Part shown: positions 61,688 through 64,000 of the stretch, piece after piece
Numbering within the stretch: position 1 is the stretch's first letter
Layout of the letters: each line of letters begins with the position of its first letter
Assembly: GCA_965644315.1 (NCBI GenBank)
Contig: CBFFRQ010000030.1
Span: 248,001 to 312,000, forward strand
Direction: 5' to 3'
Length of the DNA: 64,000 nucleotides
Origin: Caecitellus pseudoparvulus
Taxonomy: Eukaryota; Protista; Bigyra: Bicosoecida
Made by a program: the position numbers and the translations under genes
The notes under the pieces: model-generated
Seen by the model: the letters and a program-made list of their open reading frames with translations, nothing else
What the model was told of the DNA's origin: nothing
Database searches by the model: none

Positions 61688-62655
61688 ATGTCGTCATGGA
61701 AAGTGGAAACCAGGGCCCACCGCGAGCGGGCTCAGCCGCGTGGCCGAGCTCGCTTGGGCCTGCTTGAGAAGCACGCTGACTACAAGAAGCGCGCGGATGC
61801 ACACCACAGCAAGGCTGCGAGACTCCGCAGCATGAAGCTGAAGGCTGAGATGCGCAACCCTGACGAGTTTTACTTCGGCATGGTCAAGTCCCAGACCTCT
61901 GTGAGCACTCCTCCAATTTCCGCACGCACGAAGCAGGAACATGCACCCAGCCGTTTCGCCTCAGGGTGGCGTGCACAAGCTGTCTGCTGATACCGGTGCA
62001 CTGGATAAGGATACACTGAAGCTGCTGAAGACACAAGACATTGGATACGTGAAGTTCAAGGCCCAGGCCGAGGCGAAGGTGTGTCGCCAGCGTTTCGCGT
62101 TGAAACACCACTCAGCCGCGACAGGCCTCATGTGTGCCCGCCCACTCTGCGCAGAAAATTGAGCGCTTGAAGGCGCAGTTGCATGGCATTGCCGGACCTG
62201 CTGCTGCGGGGGGTAGTGGGGAGAGTGGCCACGATCAAGGCTCCGGGCGCCACATGGTGTTTGTGGACGGAGCAGAGGATGTGGCCAAGTTCAAGACCCA
62301 CAAGTTCTTCGACACTGTCCCTGAGCAGGTCTCCCGCAAGCACAACCGGCAGCTGAAGAGCACAGTCAAACAGGCAGCCCGCGAGGCCGCTGAGGAGGAG
62401 ACAGCCATGGAGCGCGAGGAGCTGGTGGCAGTGAAGAAGGCCGAGCGCAAAGCCCGCAAGCGAGCCCGACGGGAGCTGGATGCCAAGTACAGGGAGCTGG
62501 CGGAGCGCAGTGACCGCCTCGGAAAGCTGCGTCGCACTGCCGAGCATTTCGCTGCCAAGCGTGCGACCCTGGACAAAGGCAGACGCGTCAAGGTGGCCGA
62601 CGCCGCTGAGGGTCGTCCGGCAGTGTTCAAGTGGAAACCCCAGCGGAAGCGCTGA
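61688..62655 (+). CDS. UTP11: U3 snoRNA-associated protein 11 (3 exons)
   Basis: HRERAQPRGRARLGLLEKHADY; RNPDEFYFGM; LLKTQDIGYV; VFKWKPQRKR*. Confidence 0.95.
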
Positions 62656-62751
62656 CGCTGGCAGCAGGCGGGGCACCAGGCTGGAGCAGCGGCCTCCAAT
62701 GCACGCAATGATTGGGGATGCATTTTCGCCCGGACCATATCGTGCGCACCG

Positions 62752-64000
62752 TCAAGAGACAGAGCAGCAGCCCCGGTGGGCCGTGTCGTCGTCACTTGGT
62801 GCGATGTGCCTTGCGAGGGCTGGGCTGTCGCGGGCTCGGACCTTGGGCTCGTCTCCACGTGGCGGATTGTCGGCTCCCAGCAAGACCAGAGCCCTGGGGA
62901 AGTGCACACTGCCCCGTGCCTCCCGCTTCGCCTGCAGGATGGAGACCCAGGCAGAGTAGGCTTGCGGAGTCAAGGCTGGCTTCAGCGCTCCCAGGTGCGT
63001 GCCCCAGTACGCAAGGGCTGCAGGCTCCAGGAGCCCAAAGGCGACCCTCTGCCACTGAGCAGGTGGCGCAGGGGCGCCCGCAGGGGGCTTTGGTTCAATG
63101 CAGGGCGCCGGCAAGTGTCCGCTTTTCTGCTGCCAATGCAGCCCGTGAGCGGGCACTTCGACTATGGAATCGGAGACTGAGGAGACTTTCAAACTTGCGC
63201 CATTGGCTGGTAGAGTGGCGAGGAAGGCCAGTGCGAGGGCGCGCGGGACGTGCGGGTGGTTGGCAGTCTTCTTGATGCACAGCTGAGCCGGGCATATGGA
63301 GGTCAAAGGCAGCAGTGCCAGGTCACTGGCCCGTGGCCGACACGGGCAGAACTTTGGAGGGGCGAAGAGATGCTTGGCGCGGGTGGACGGGGGGCTTGGA
63401 GGGGCTTTGACGCCTCTTGATCCCACCAAGCTGAGGGACGGCAGTTGCTGCCGGCCGACTAGTACCCCTGCCGGCCGCGCCTGAACCTGCCCCAGCTGGT
63501 CCAAACCTGTCAAGGTGTACTGCGAGGGGCGCTGCGGCTCTTGCGGCCAGCTCACGACTCGAGTCTCCACAGAAGCTGTGGCGCGTGGCGTGCAAGCTGC
63601 CGGTGTCAAGGAGCTGCTTCGATGCCGGAGGTGGGGGGGTTCCTGTGACGCCAGAGGCAGCGAGAAGTGCCATGACTGGACCCTGTGCAGAAGCGGGCAT
63701 TGCGCATTGTGCTGGACCCTTCTTCGCAATGCCACGTACAAGCTGGCCACTCACCGATGTAGCGCCCCCTTCCTCTGATGTCTGTCTGGTTGGAAGGGCT
63801 GGTTTCACGGCCAGCTCCACCCCAGCGCCTTGGGCCATTTTCAGCAGCGTTTCCTGTCGAGAAGACCCAGTCGCATACAGCAGTGAGCAGCCTCCCCGCA
63901 TGAACAGGTTCAATGCGCCCTGAGCCACGGGGTTCCCGAAGGTTTCCGGGTGCCGTGGCACGCCCCGGCCCAAGCCCGAAGCCGCCCAGGCTGTGTGGAC
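62752..64000 (-). CDS. 3' part of a gene of unknown function (partial, exon structure unresolved)
   Basis: Overlapping long minus-strand ORFs (63323-63973 and 62752-63750) with splice-like sites; AATGCA lies on its sense strand downstream of the stop at 62752. Confidence 0.45.

Overview
GC-rich (>60%), very compact eukaryotic nuclear DNA with short canonical GT-AG introns (donors GTGCGT/GTGAGT/GTACGT). The ciliary genes and overall style suggest a flagellated heterotrophic protist, possibly a stramenopile; this is inference only. About 25 genes are present. Recognisable ones are PITHD1, a TM-RING ligase, TMX3-like PDI, RPB12, ALG14, SPT16, an LRR protein, COQ9, TMEM208/SND2, a senescence/spartin-domain protein, a ~5000-aa AK9-like protein, a secreted beta-lactamase-family hydrolase, EF1-beta, SDHA, a Tubby-like protein, POT1, fused carbamoyl-phosphate synthetase and UTP11. 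No prokaryotic system, CRISPR array, tRNA/rRNA or intact mobile element was seen. The main observations are: (1) a recurrent (C)AATGCA motif just downstream of about 10 stop codons, a candidate non-canonical 3'-end/poly(A) signal that is palindromic between one tail-to-tail pair; (2) convergent genes whose stop codons lie only 5-31 nt apart; (3) a ~3 kb low-GC, gene-free island beside decaying genes, a candidate centromere or degenerate element; (4) unusual protein architectures (POT1 with an extra N-terminal OB-like domain and a TQ repeat cluster, giant AK9 with Tudor domains, a SYCP2/Red1-like layout, a C-terminal F-box). Exon boundaries were read by eye and need RNA-seq confirmation.
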